From: a virus
Lineage: Duplodnaviria; Caudoviricetes
Length of the DNA stretch: 64,000 bases
IMG/VR virus record: IMGVR_UViG_2895847146_000001
Span: 1 to 64,000 of that record
Strand: one strand, 5' to 3'
The notes under the pieces were generated by a model. The model ran no database searches, was not told the DNA's origin, and saw only the letters and a program-made list of their open reading frames with translations. This document shows, in pieces, positions 1 to 9,594 of the stretch (its first letter is position 1; the number at the start of each line of letters is the position of its first letter). The position numbers and the translations under genes were made by a program.

Positions 1-405
1 ATGTCGCTCCCCACTGCTACCGCCTGCGCCCTGTGGTGCCCCGACTACTTCAATAAAGCCGCCGTGCTGGATTTCTGGTTGAGCCATCCCGCAGTACCGG
101 CCACCAAAGCCGAGGCCACCCGCGCCGAGCTGCCCACCTGGTTGCCGGCCCGAGTAGCGAAGTCCTGGCTCAACCTCTATCTCTTCTTGGAAGCCGCTCG
201 CACCGCTGGGCCGCTGGCCGACCGGGATGAAGTAGCGGCCCTGCTCACAGAGCTAAAAGAGTCCGGAGTAGTGGAGCCCGAAGAGCGCATAGACCTTAAA
301 CCAAAGCTGCTGCGCAGCACCCAGGCGGAATTCGAGTGGCACGCTGCCCGCATCCGCAGCGCCGTCGAGGCCCGCCACCACGCACAACACGAGCACGCCG
401 CTTAA
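1..405 (+). CDS. Phage hypothetical protein
   Basis: 134-aa ORF with high-GC codon usage, co-oriented with the early operon. Confidence 0.6.
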   Translation: MSLPTATACALWCPDYFNKAAVLDFWLSHPAVPATKAEATRAELPTWLPARVAKSWLNLYLFLEAARTAGPLADRDEVAALLTELKESGVVEPEERIDLKPKLLRSTQAEFEWHAARIRSAVEARHHAQHEHAA

Positions 406-945
406 TCATCCTCTCATCATACCCGCATTTGCCCTGTGATTACGCTCTCCACTACTACCAACAGAGTCCTACGGGAAACCACTGTAACGGCTAAAACAAC
501 CGCTGGCGTTTTTCTATGCGCTGAAACGTGGTCAGGCACTGGGGCCCGCGTGGCCGTGCAGCTGGCTCAGCACGTGCGCCGCTCGGCCGAGAACCTGGAG
601 CGCCGCCTCCACATTGCCCAGGCTACTTCTACCACCCAGGCTCGCCTGCTAGCTGAGCGTCTGTAATGCGAATTACTGCTATCCGCGCCGCTGCTATCCG
701 GGCCAATAGAATCACGCTCGTGGCTATGCTCAGCCTGCTGCTGGCCCAGGCCTGCCACCGCAAGGCCTTCACCCAGAGCTCAGGCACAAAGCACACCCGC
801 CCCGCCTGGAAGCGCACTAGTCTGCTCCTGCTGGAGCAGGAGCAAGCCGACCCGGCCCGCCTGTAAACAAACAAGGGCCGCGCCCGGCATGGCACAGCCC
901 TCATTAAACCTCTCAATTACGAAAGGCATCACACGCCACAAACTT

Positions 946-1848
946 ATGCAAACCAAAGAACAATTAGAAACTTTCCGCAACCTGTGCAAGGCTAACAACC
1001 TGGGAAAGGTCGATGTATGGCAGCACAAACAGTCTGGAAATTGGATTATCGGTCGGGCTGGCATTGAGAAAATCCAGGGCCTGAACAACATTCAGATCGG
1101 CATTGAGGTAGCCGCCGCCGGCGTAGACTTCGCTGTGGTGAAAGCCACCGCCGCGCGCACCATAGAGCGCAAGAAGCTCAAAGTAGAGTCGCTGGGCAGC
1201 GCCAATGCCAAGAATAGCCAAGTAAGCTACTACGCTGAAATGGCGGAGAAGCGCGCCAAATCTCGCTCCATCCTGATGCTGATGGGCTTCTATGAGCTGG
1301 GCGTGTATGGGGAAGAGGAAGCCGATGAATTCAAGCAGTCCAAGAATGTAGGTGCTCCTACGCTGGACGATGTAGAGGCCGCACCCGGTGCGCGCCCTAC
1401 CCAGCCGGCTGCCACACCCGTGGCCACCGAGCCGGCTTCAACAACTGCCGCAGCACCCGCTGCCCTGGCCGAAAGTGGTGAACCTGTCCTGGTCATTCGT
1501 GCCTCCGAGAAGGAGTTGAATGAGTTGAATCTACTCATTGCCAACCCACTGCTCGATGCCGATGAGCGCACCCTGCTGCTGTCCAAGCCAGTAGATCAGC
1601 GGCCAGCGGAATGGGTAGCCCGCACCATTGCCGGGCTAAAGAAAATCTATGCGGAGCGCCAGGACCCCAAGACGGCTTTGGAGGCCGCCCGCAAACAGCT
1701 GCGCACAGCTGCTGCCAAATACAGCAAGGAAATGGGCGAAGGAGAATACAACCGGCTCATGCAGCGGGCCCAGGCGCTGACGGCTAAGCCCGAAGAGCTG
1801 CGCGCCGAGGCCCGTCAGTGCCAGAATCAGTTCGCTGTAGCTGCCTAG
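946..1848 (+). CDS. Putative single-strand annealing (recombination) protein
   Basis: N-terminal domain with YYAEMAEKRAKSR...GVYGEEEAD, typical of phage SSAPs; Pro/Ala linker; start moved to ATG 946. Confidence 0.6.
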   Translation: MQTKEQLETFRNLCKANNLGKVDVWQHKQSGNWIIGRAGIEKIQGLNNIQIGIEVAAAGVDFAVVKATAARTIERKKLKVESLGSANAKNSQVSYYAEMAEKRAKSRSILMLMGFYELGVYGEEEADEFKQSKNVGAPTLDDVEAAPGARPTQPAATPVATEPASTTAAAPAALAESGEPVLVIRASEKELNELNLLIANPLLDADERTLLLSKPVDQRPAEWVARTIAGLKKIYAERQDPKTALEAARKQLRTAAAKYSKEMGEGEYNRLMQRAQALTAKPEELRAEARQCQNQFAVAA

Positions 1849-1939
1849 TCATCATGCCCCGCTGCCACTGGTGGCGGGGCTTTCTCGTGCCAATTCGAAG
1901 GTATTGCACTCACGCCAGAACATAGAAGATTCTATATAG

Positions 1940-2176
1940 ATGTCTACTTACCTCTCCATCTCTGCTCTTCGTGATAGTGCCAACCCAGAGCAGGTACTAG
2001 CCGACTACTACGCTACCTGCTCAGATGAGCAGGTAGCTAAGACGTACTCTGCTGTAGCTCGTGGCCTGGCTGTATTTGAAGAAACTCCTCGAGGAGAATT
2101 GGGTCCCGCCCTGCGTCGGCATCTGAATGTCCTAGCTGCTGAGCAGCAGCGCAGAAAGGAGGTAGCACGTGCCTAG
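1940..2176 (+). CDS. Phage hypothetical protein
   Basis: 78-aa ORF overlapping the next start. Confidence 0.55.
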   Translation: MSTYLSISALRDSANPEQVLADYYATCSDEQVAKTYSAVARGLAVFEETPRGELGPALRRHLNVLAAEQQRRKEVARA

Positions 2177-3152
2177 CTACTTCAAACTCCGCACAGGCCT
2201 GAGCCGTGGTACCGATAACCCCACGGCTAACAAGAAGGTGTGCACCTATAAGGAGGAGTACTTCTGCCAGGATGCTACGGGTGTGTACTCAGTGAATGTG
2301 TACGAGGATGGCTTTGTCTACATGAGCCCCGTGCCCAGCAAGGAACTGCGGGCTAAGTACCCCAACGCCGTTCTAGTGGTACCAGCTGAGGCAGAGCCCT
2401 GCACCGCGGCCGACTACGAGGCTGCGCACACGCTGTTCGTCGTAGCCGAGGCTAAGCGAAAGGCAGAGGAGGAAGCCTTGAAGTCGCTGCGCAAAGGCAT
2501 GAGCCGCAATCAGCATGCGGCCGAGGAAGCCGATGTAGCCGAGCCCGTACCGGTGGGGAGTGCTCCAACGCCGCACTTCCTGGCCGACTTCACGGTGCTG
2601 GACCTGGAATTCCAGGGCACCGACCTGCTGGAGCTGGCAGCCATCCGCTACCAAGACTGGCAACCAGTCAACCAGCTACAGAGCTTTGTGCGCTTCCGTG
2701 GCCCACTCAATCACCATGTCACAAAGCTGACAGGCATCACGTCGGCCGACGTGTGGAATGCTCCCGAGGAAAAGGCCGTGCTGCGCCAGTTCAAGGCGCT
2801 GGCCGATGACTCGCTGCTGGTGTGCCACAACCTGAGTGCCGACCGGCGCATCCTGGAAGCCGCCCGCACCCGTCAGGGCGCGCCGGTTCCTTTGCCTAAT
2901 CAATGGTTTTGCACGCTGGCCCTTTCCCGCCAGCGACTGCCCACTGCACCCAGCCATAAGCTAGGCGACCTGTGCACCAGCTTCGGTATTTCTGCCCACG
3001 GTGCCCACCGGGCCCTGCGTGATGTCGAGATGTGCGCTGGCCTGCTCCAGCGCTTTCACCAGCTCGAACCCATTAATGGGCCCCTGGTGGTCAAGGCCAA
3101 AGGCAAGAAGGCCACGGTCGGCACTCCCTCGCTTTTTACCGTTGCTGCCTAA
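2169..3152 (+). CDS. DEDDh 3'-5' exonuclease (DnaQ-like) with N-terminal extension
   Basis: VLDLEF (ExoI), VCHNLSAD (ExoII), HRALRD (ExoIII). Confidence 0.85.
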   Translation: MPSYFKLRTGLSRGTDNPTANKKVCTYKEEYFCQDATGVYSVNVYEDGFVYMSPVPSKELRAKYPNAVLVVPAEAEPCTAADYEAAHTLFVVAEAKRKAEEEALKSLRKGMSRNQHAAEEADVAEPVPVGSAPTPHFLADFTVLDLEFQGTDLLELAAIRYQDWQPVNQLQSFVRFRGPLNHHVTKLTGITSADVWNAPEEKAVLRQFKALADDSLLVCHNLSADRRILEAARTRQGAPVPLPNQWFCTLALSRQRLPTAPSHKLGDLCTSFGISAHGAHRALRDVEMCAGLLQRFHQLEPINGPLVVKAKGKKATVGTPSLFTVAA

Positions 3153-3182
3153 GTAATTGCTGCCCACCTACAATCAACGACC

Positions 3183-3758
3183 ATGAACCATACGCATTCC
3201 TTACACCTGCTTTATTCTGAGTTTATAAAGCAGCATAGCTCATTTAGTGACTTTCAGTCGGATGTCAACATTGAGCACCTTTCTAATGGGCAGCCTATCG
3301 TCTGCAACCATTCCTTGTACCTGTTTGATGAAAAGAGCCTTATAGAGCTTGAGCAATGGATGGAGCGAATGAAGCAGGCTATTGCTGCTTATCGCCCATT
3401 GCTTGAGGCCGCGCCCGGTCTGGTTGCTCAATACACCGAAGACCGCCGAGCTATGGTGACTCGGCAGCTTGACAGCCAACTCAAAGCCCGCCAAAAGAAG
3501 ACCACGCGTCCGGGCTGGGTATACCTGATGTACAACCAGCGAAATGGGTACTACAAAATAGGATATTCTGCGGTACCTGAATTTCGTGAAAAGACACTGC
3601 AGTCGGAAGAGCCGGAGGTAGTGTTGCTCTGTGCCTGGGAGGGCTCTACCGCTGACGAGAGGGACTTGCATCAACGATTCGCAGACAAGCGCTTGCGAGG
3701 TGAGTGGTTTGCGCTGACCGCCTTAGATGTTGAGTCTGTACGCTCCCTATCAGCATGA
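3183..3758 (+). CDS. GIY-YIG nuclease, T5orf172/MUG113-like
   Basis: WVYLM..YYKIGYS..R...LQ..ERDLHQRF..KRLRGEWF. Confidence 0.85.
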   Translation: MNHTHSLHLLYSEFIKQHSSFSDFQSDVNIEHLSNGQPIVCNHSLYLFDEKSLIELEQWMERMKQAIAAYRPLLEAAPGLVAQYTEDRRAMVTRQLDSQLKARQKKTTRPGWVYLMYNQRNGYYKIGYSAVPEFREKTLQSEEPEVVLLCAWEGSTADERDLHQRFADKRLRGEWFALTALDVESVRSLSA

Positions 3759-4729
3759 GTTCCGCTGCTCAGCTCTTCGTGAGCCATTCCGTTACGCCCA
3801 GTACCTCCGCGAAAATGTCCCTGATTTCAAACCGCCCTCTTGTGATACCACCAGCGGTGCTGGCTCTTGAAGCGCCTTCCTTAAATGCGAAGGCGCTACT
3901 AGCCGATATATTGGACTTGAACAAGGTGAGCGGGCACGTATTTGCGCGGGATGAGTACTTCGCTGAACGGTATAAAATTGGTAAACGAAGCGTTGGGGAT
4001 GCCTTAAAATGGCTGGAGGATAATGGCTGGATTACGCGTGAGCTGGACAACTCGGCGCGTAATAAGCGTAACCTTCTGCCTACGGAAAAAGCAACATTGC
4101 TCTTAGGTAAGTCCTTGCGGATTTCGCAACCATTAGCCGAAGAGCATGCGAAATCCGCCATTACTTCATGCGAAATCCGCATGGAGTCCATGCGAAATCC
4201 GCAAGGACTCCATGCGAAATCCGCAGACATAAACACCAGTTTAAACAAAAGGGGAAACCAAAGTAAAAACGAAGAAGAAGGCACGTCCTCGCCTTCGTCG
4301 GCCCAGGCTTTCGATAAAAAGGTTACCTCTCAACCTGCCAGCCAAAACCCGGTACCGGGAACAGAGGGGGGCGCGGCGCTGCCGGCGGCCGATGCGGTAG
4401 CCGACGCTACCGATGCCGACGGCGCGCTGGTGCTGACCAACCCGAAAATCTTCCGGGCCGCATGCCTCGAACTCAACCCCGCCTACGCTACCATCGACTT
4501 CGAACACTACCGCCTGGAAATCCTCTTCGAAGCCCGTGGGCAGAAGTTGCGCAAAACGGCCTACGAGTGGCGCAAATACCTCCGGCACTGGCTCAACAAC
4601 TCCAAGAAGAGCCGTGACGGGCTAATCCTGGCCGCTGTGCCCGGCCAAACCAAAGGCGACCCGCGCGCCATCCAACCGCTGGCTGCTCGGTCCAGCGCTT
4701 CCCCCACCATGAAAAAATCCTGGAGCTAA
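3755..4729 (+). CDS. Phage replication initiator (winged-HTH) containing the origin
   Basis: N-terminal HTH, internal iterons, directly upstream of DnaB. Confidence 0.75.
   Translation: MSSAAQLFVSHSVTPSTSAKMSLISNRPLVIPPAVLALEAPSLNAKALLADILDLNKVSGHVFARDEYFAERYKIGKRSVGDALKWLEDNGWITRELDNSARNKRNLLPTEKATLLLGKSLRISQPLAEEHAKSAITSCEIRMESMRNPQGLHAKSADINTSLNKRGNQSKNEEEGTSSPSSAQAFDKKVTSQPASQNPVPGTEGGAALPAADAVADATDADGALVLTNPKIFRAACLELNPAYATIDFEHYRLEILFEARGQKLRKTAYEWRKYLRHWLNNSKKSRDGLILAAVPGQTKGDPRAIQPLAARSSASPTMKKSWS
4117..4224 (+). repeat. Origin iterons of prophage A
   Basis: CATGCGAAATCCGC at 4145, 4167, 4189, 4211 (22-bp period), inverted copy at 4117-4128, followed by an A-rich tract. Confidence 0.85.
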
Positions 4730-6198
4730 TGCACGCTGCTGCCCATCTATCTCCGAATTCCATTAAAATCGAAATGTCCGTGCTGGGCATCATCCTGGCT
4801 GAGGCTCGCACCCTGCACACGGTGCTATCGATTCTGAGCACTGCCGACGTGTTTTACGTCGAAAAGCACCAACTCATTTACACCGCCATTCTGCACCTGC
4901 ACCAGCAGAAGGAAGCCGTTGACCTGCTGACGGTGGTGCAGCACCTGCGTGGCAAAGGCACCCTGAAAAAGGCCGGCGACACGCACTACATCGCGTCGCT
5001 GAGCCAGAACCTGGGCAACGTAGCCAACCTGGAATCCTACTGCCGTATCCTGCAGCAGCAGTACGCCCGCCGTGTGGTTATCAAGGCCGGGCATCTGCTC
5101 GAGCAGCACGGATACGACGAAGGCCAGGACCCGCTGGAGGTCGTAGCCCAGGCGCAAATGCAGCTCACTCGCTTGCAACAGGGCCTTGATACCCGAGGTG
5201 CTGTGTCGGCCGCTGCGCTGCTGCCCTCCGTACTCGACAGCATTCGCAAGGCCGTCGGCCAAAAGGGCATGACGGGCGTGCCCACGGGCCTGACCGAGCT
5301 GAACGACGCTACCGGCGGCTGGCAGCCCACGGACTTCGTGGTGATTGGCGCCCGGCCCGGGATGGGCAAAACGGCGGCCCTGCTCTACCACGCCCGGGAA
5401 GCGGCCATTGTCAACAACATTCCCACGGCCATCTTCTCGATGGAGATGCCGGCGGCCCAGCTGGTGCTGCGCCTGCTGGCCACCGAGGTTGACGGTTATT
5501 CTAACAACGACCTGCGCCGAGGCAAGTTTGCTGGTGGTGTCGAAGAGGTGGATCACATTGCCAGCAAAGCCCAGCGCCTGGGTGGCGCTCACAACCTGTT
5601 CATCGACGATACACCGGCGCTGAACATTCACCAACTCAGCGCCAAGGCTGCGCGCCTGGTGGCCGAGCACGGGGTGGGCCTGATCCTGATTGACTACCTG
5701 CAGTTGATGTCCGGTACCAACAAGGGCCGGGGCGGCAACCGGGAAACCGATATTGCCGAAATCAGCCGCGGCTGTAAGGCCTTAGCCAAAGAGCTGAACG
5801 TGCCGGTCATTGCGTTGTCCCAACTTAGTCGCTCGGTCGAGCAGCGCGGCGGGGAGAAGCGGCCCCAGCTCAGCGACCTGCGCGAGTCGGGCACTATCGA
5901 GCAGGATGCGGACATGGTGATTTTCCTCTGGCGTGGTGAGTACTACAACATCGAGGAGTACGCTGACGGCACACCCACCAAGGATACCATCCTCTACGAC
6001 ATTGCCAAGCACCGGGGTGGGGCCCTGGGGGAGATGGTGTTCGGCTGCCGCATTCAGCGGGGGCTCTTCTCCGACCTGAACGGCAGCCCGGCTCCGGCCG
6101 GGGAGCGGCCCTTCTACGACAAGGAGTCCAAGCAGACGGTGCAGCTAGGCAAGCTGCCAGCCAGCCGCTTCGAGGAGGAAGTTGATCTGCCTTTCTGA
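4729..6198 (+). CDS. dnaB: Replicative DNA helicase
   Basis: GARPGMGKT Walker A, IDYLQLM, LSQLSR, DLRESGTIEQDAD. Confidence 0.95.
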   Translation: MHAAAHLSPNSIKIEMSVLGIILAEARTLHTVLSILSTADVFYVEKHQLIYTAILHLHQQKEAVDLLTVVQHLRGKGTLKKAGDTHYIASLSQNLGNVANLESYCRILQQQYARRVVIKAGHLLEQHGYDEGQDPLEVVAQAQMQLTRLQQGLDTRGAVSAAALLPSVLDSIRKAVGQKGMTGVPTGLTELNDATGGWQPTDFVVIGARPGMGKTAALLYHAREAAIVNNIPTAIFSMEMPAAQLVLRLLATEVDGYSNNDLRRGKFAGGVEEVDHIASKAQRLGGAHNLFIDDTPALNIHQLSAKAARLVAEHGVGLILIDYLQLMSGTNKGRGGNRETDIAEISRGCKALAKELNVPVIALSQLSRSVEQRGGEKRPQLSDLRESGTIEQDADMVIFLWRGEYYNIEEYADGTPTKDTILYDIAKHRGGALGEMVFGCRIQRGLFSDLNGSPAPAGERPFYDKESKQTVQLGKLPASRFEEEVDLPF

Positions 6199-6632
6199 TG
6201 GAAGCCTACTCCCCCGAAATGGCCCAGTGGGTAGCCAAGGTGCTACGTAAGGCCTCCCCCAAAGAATTCGACAACTGGCGCAAATACTACGAGCAGCGCG
6301 GCGGCCCCGGCCTGGAGCTGGTCAAAGCCGAACTCCAAGCACGTCAACAAGTCAACGTATGAGTGCCATCACCAAAATCAAAGCGCGTCTGCGCACCGAG
6401 CACACGGAGGGGCTGCCGCGTTTGCTGCGACTCTATGCCGCCGATTCTGAGGCCCTGCGCCTGATTACCGCCGAAATCAATCACCGCCAGCAGCTGGCGA
6501 ACATTAAAGCCAAAGTTCAACGATACCGACCATGAAGCACCAAGTAGAAACTGAAGCCCAGCTTGTCCTGATGAAATTTGAGCTGGAAGAAAAGGCAAGA
6601 GCCGTACTCGTCGTGAACCCGCCGCGCTGGGC

Positions 6633-6956
6633 CTATTTCTCCTTCACAAAAATGAGAGTTGCTCCAAAGCCACCTGATCCACTAAACGTGCTTTTGAGCA
6701 CATAGCCCTCCTGGTAGAGGCCGGTAGTTACGTGTTGGATTGTTAGAGCCGCCTCTTGCATACTGCTCGAGTTTGTCCCGCCATTCAACTTCATTTCTTC
6801 TGTCTTATCGCCGGGGCGCGCAATGATCAGTTTGCCTGTGCCCGATACCGTGTCAACTATTCGCACGACTACTACATCCGTCCCAGCGGTTTGTGCCATC
6901 ACGGGTGAAGCTCTTAGTGCCAACAGGAACACCCCTAAGAATACAAGTTTTTTCAT
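6633..6956 (-). CDS. Small secreted protein, paralog 1
   Basis: Signal peptide MKKLVFLG...AQT; similar to 7198-7533; TATATTGG box 4 nt before ATG. Confidence 0.75.
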   Translation of the reverse strand: MKKLVFLGVFLLALRASPVMAQTAGTDVVVVRIVDTVSGTGKLIIARPGDKTEEMKLNGGTNSSSMQEAALTIQHVTTGLYQEGYVLKSTFSGSGGFGATLIFVKEK

Positions 6957-6988
6957 GCTACCAATATACATCAGAAAGGAAGCAGGTA

Positions 6989-7192
6989 ATGGCTAAAGGC
7001 TTCACCCCTGAAGGCCTGGCCGGGCGCATCATCACGCCCGGCCCCAAGCCTCCTACCGACCGGCCCCGCTACATGGCCGCCGAATCCAAGACGGAGCCCG
7101 GCTTATGGCACTGCAAAATCAACAGCATGAGTCCTGAACGCTGGCGGGCGCTAGAGCTACTGCTAAAGCAACATGGCTTCCATCCCTATTAA
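6989..7192 (+). CDS. Phage hypothetical protein
   Basis: MAKGFTPEG... ORF with phage-like codon usage between the two antisense genes. Confidence 0.5.
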   Translation: MAKGFTPEGLAGRIITPGPKPPTDRPRYMAAESKTEPGLWHCKINSMSPERWRALELLLKQHGFHPY

Positions 7193-7197
7193 GCCGC

Positions 7198-7533
7198 CTA
7201 CGGCTTCGAGGGTTTGACGAAGACGAGGGTTGTGCTATTGCTGATTTGTGATGGCACACCCACGATGCTTGCCTGAAGAATGTACCCCTGCTGATACAAC
7301 TTGTTCAGGAAATCAAAATACCCCTTTGCCGCAACCTGGTTGTCCTTACGGGTATAGCCGGATCTGAACTCTAATTCCTCCTGCTTACCCGTTCCTCGTT
7401 CGATCACAAGCCGAACCAAATCTGTGTCTTCGGTCACGCGCACTACGATCATAGGAGGCTCACTCGTTTGCGCCCACACTGGTGCACTGCCCAGCACCAG
7501 CAGGCAGCTCAGAAGAAAGAATAGCTTTTTCAT
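7198..7533 (-). CDS. Small secreted protein, paralog 2
   Basis: Signal peptide MKKLFFLL...AQT; shares VVRV, LYQQGY, TLVFVK with paralog 1; TATCTTGG box 5 nt before ATG. Confidence 0.75.
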   Translation of the reverse strand: MKKLFFLLSCLLVLGSAPVWAQTSEPPMIVVRVTEDTDLVRLVIERGTGKQEELEFRSGYTRKDNQVAAKGYFDFLNKLYQQGYILQASIVGVPSQISNSTTLVFVKPSKP

Positions 7534-7611
7534 AGCGCCCAAGATATCTCAGAAACTCCGAGAAACTCCCCCCTTCCAGAAAGCATTATCGACCCACATT
7601 CCTCTTTCCCA

Positions 7612-7794
7612 ATGTCCCCTACCCGTACTGTGCAATCCCGGCGGGCCTACCGTACTGCCGACTACAATTACCTGCTGATCAACTATGGCCAAAAGAAGGC
7701 GGCGGCCTGTGCCTCTGACCTGGGCCGCACGGTTGGCAGCCTCAAATACTTCATCAACGCCCACCCAGAGCTGAAGAAGCGGGGGCGGGCATGA
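7612..7794 (+). CDS. Small HTH-like phage protein
   Basis: AAACASDLGRTVGSLKY helix-turn-helix-like segment. Confidence 0.55.
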   Translation: MSPTRTVQSRRAYRTADYNYLLINYGQKKAAACASDLGRTVGSLKYFINAHPELKKRGRA

Positions 7795-7824
7795 AAAAGC
7801 CCCGCTAGTATGGCGGGGCTTCTT
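7794..7824. terminator. Bidirectional intrinsic terminator
   Basis: AAGCCCCGC-loop-GCGGGGCTT between convergent genes. Confidence 0.7.
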
Positions 7825-7835
7825 CATTCGACTAA

Positions 7836-8900
7836 TTAGGAGTTAGGTTTCCGCTTTTTTGCTAGCTCTTCCCGTTCCTCAATGACTGATTGCACCCAAT
7901 CAGTTCCTTCACGCCCTCTAAGCCTAAGTTTAAAGTAGGCATCATTTCCAACTTCCATTACCATTCGAAAGGCTCCAACTTGAGCTAGACGTGTTCTATG
8001 CTGCGGTGCCTCTCGTACCCACCTTGCTTCAAGTTTTGGCAGTGATTCGATTCCTATTGAATAGGCCTCTTGTATCTCTTTCATCCCTAAGCCTAATGTA
8101 AGAAGCTCATTAAATACGTCACTCACAGATAATACATTCGATCTTTTGTGGTGAGGAAAATGCTTATCTATAAATATCTTAAGCACATCAAGGTTAAATT
8201 CTTGTTCAGGGAATGGTTCGGCTTCGCCTACTTGGTTCGCAAGAGTTTCACGGTACTCCTGCAAGCCATACCTCAAGGTTTCAAATTGCTCATCGGCCTC
8301 TTCGAATTTTGCGCTTAATCGATAAAGCTGTCGTTTAAACTGATCAGGGACCTGTTCGGTGCTCTTGTAAGCTAACTTATGCTCTATCTCTGCCCAAGCA
8401 TGCATTAGAATAGTTCTGACCTGAACTTCTACCTTAAGATTTTCAAGGCCACGATAATTTGGAGGCTTTAACCAGGACTCCTTTATAGTTAAGATAAAGT
8501 GAGTCGACCGATATCCGAACTCATGCGGGGCTAACCTCGAAGCTGTATCTTCTTGGGTTTTTACGTCAAACTCGGTGGTAAAAATCTCACAAATCCGATC
8601 TACATCACTCGGGTAATAGCATATAACCCGTAGGCCACACCAATCTTCAATCTGTTCAAAAGGACTATTATAATTTTTCCGAGTTATTTTTTCGTAAGCA
8701 GAAGCGGCGTCCTTCACTCTGTACAGGACGTCTAGATAAGGAATCTTCTTCTCGCCCAAGAAGCTTTTTATGGCTTGCTGCATATTGATTCCCAATCTTT
8801 CATAATCAGGTCGAAGCTCATCATATTGTCTGTAGAACTCTTCTTGGGTTATAACTGGGATATTTTCCTCTACTGTCTTGGGTTGGTTCCTAGCAGGCAT
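7836..8900 (-). CDS. RelA/SpoT-domain small alarmone synthetase
   Basis: RVK..S..EK, D..GLRV, GYRSTH, EVQVRT..MHAWAEIEH..YK motifs; AT-rich. Confidence 0.9.
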   Translation of the reverse strand: MPARNQPKTVEENIPVITQEEFYRQYDELRPDYERLGINMQQAIKSFLGEKKIPYLDVLYRVKDAASAYEKITRKNYNSPFEQIEDWCGLRVICYYPSDVDRICEIFTTEFDVKTQEDTASRLAPHEFGYRSTHFILTIKESWLKPPNYRGLENLKVEVQVRTILMHAWAEIEHKLAYKSTEQVPDQFKRQLYRLSAKFEEADEQFETLRYGLQEYRETLANQVGEAEPFPEQEFNLDVLKIFIDKHFPHHKRSNVLSVSDVFNELLTLGLGMKEIQEAYSIGIESLPKLEARWVREAPQHRTRLAQVGAFRMVMEVGNDAYFKLRLRGREGTDWVQSVIEEREELAKKRKPNS

Positions 8901-9040
8901 TTATAGAATTTTGAAACGTTCAGACCCAAAGTATGATTAAACATTAGAATTGTAAAATTTTAACTATCCTTTTCTAGCTCTAAATGCTGAATGGAGCCAG
9001 TTTTGATACCTGCGAAGTCCAACTGGATAGGAAAATCAAA

Positions 9041-9343
9041 ATGGCTTTTCTTCAGACTATTTCCCAGCCTTGGCAACAGCACGCCGAGCACCTTCGCCAA
9101 GTACTGGCTCAGCTCGACCCCAAGGAGCGCCGCCGCATCCTCGATTACATCAGCATGCCCCCTGAGCCACCGAAGCCCAAGGCCTACCCCATCGGGGAAT
9201 GCATGCGGGCCGCCCGCCGGGTGGCGGAGCTTCTCCAATTGCATCAGAAGTGGACCCAGGCCAAGGCCCGCCGGGAGACGGCTCGGGAGCTGGGGGTAAG
9301 CCCGGTACAGCTGCGCCGGATGCTGCGCCACGTCGAACAATAA
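9041..9343 (+). CDS. HTH protein, candidate late-gene activator
   Basis: C-terminal ARRETARELGVSPVQLRRML HTH; last phage gene before the terminase operon. Confidence 0.6.
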   Translation: MAFLQTISQPWQQHAEHLRQVLAQLDPKERRRILDYISMPPEPPKPKAYPIGECMRAARRVAELLQLHQKWTQAKARRETARELGVSPVQLRRMLRHVEQ

Positions 9344-9594
9344 ACTGCGCGACGTTTCCAGCAGATAAGCAAAGCCAGGAGTTCACGAAACTCATCTCGA
9401 ATCCGAGTTTTGTGAATTTTGAAAATTGAACCTATTTCTTGAACTCAATCTGAGCTTTAGGACCACTTTGCCATGCTAGTGGACATGGATGGGCAGCGGT
9501 TCACGAATAGGAGTTAATTGAAGAAGTCGAGGTCACCGAATGTCAAAAAGCCCCAGCTTGATAGGCTGAGGCTTTTGCGTAGGTGAGGTAGAAG

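Noticed and set aside
4825-5670. Long antisense ORFs (also 12167-13027, 30495-31547, 48551-49372)
   Set aside because: Shadow ORFs of strongly codon-biased genes
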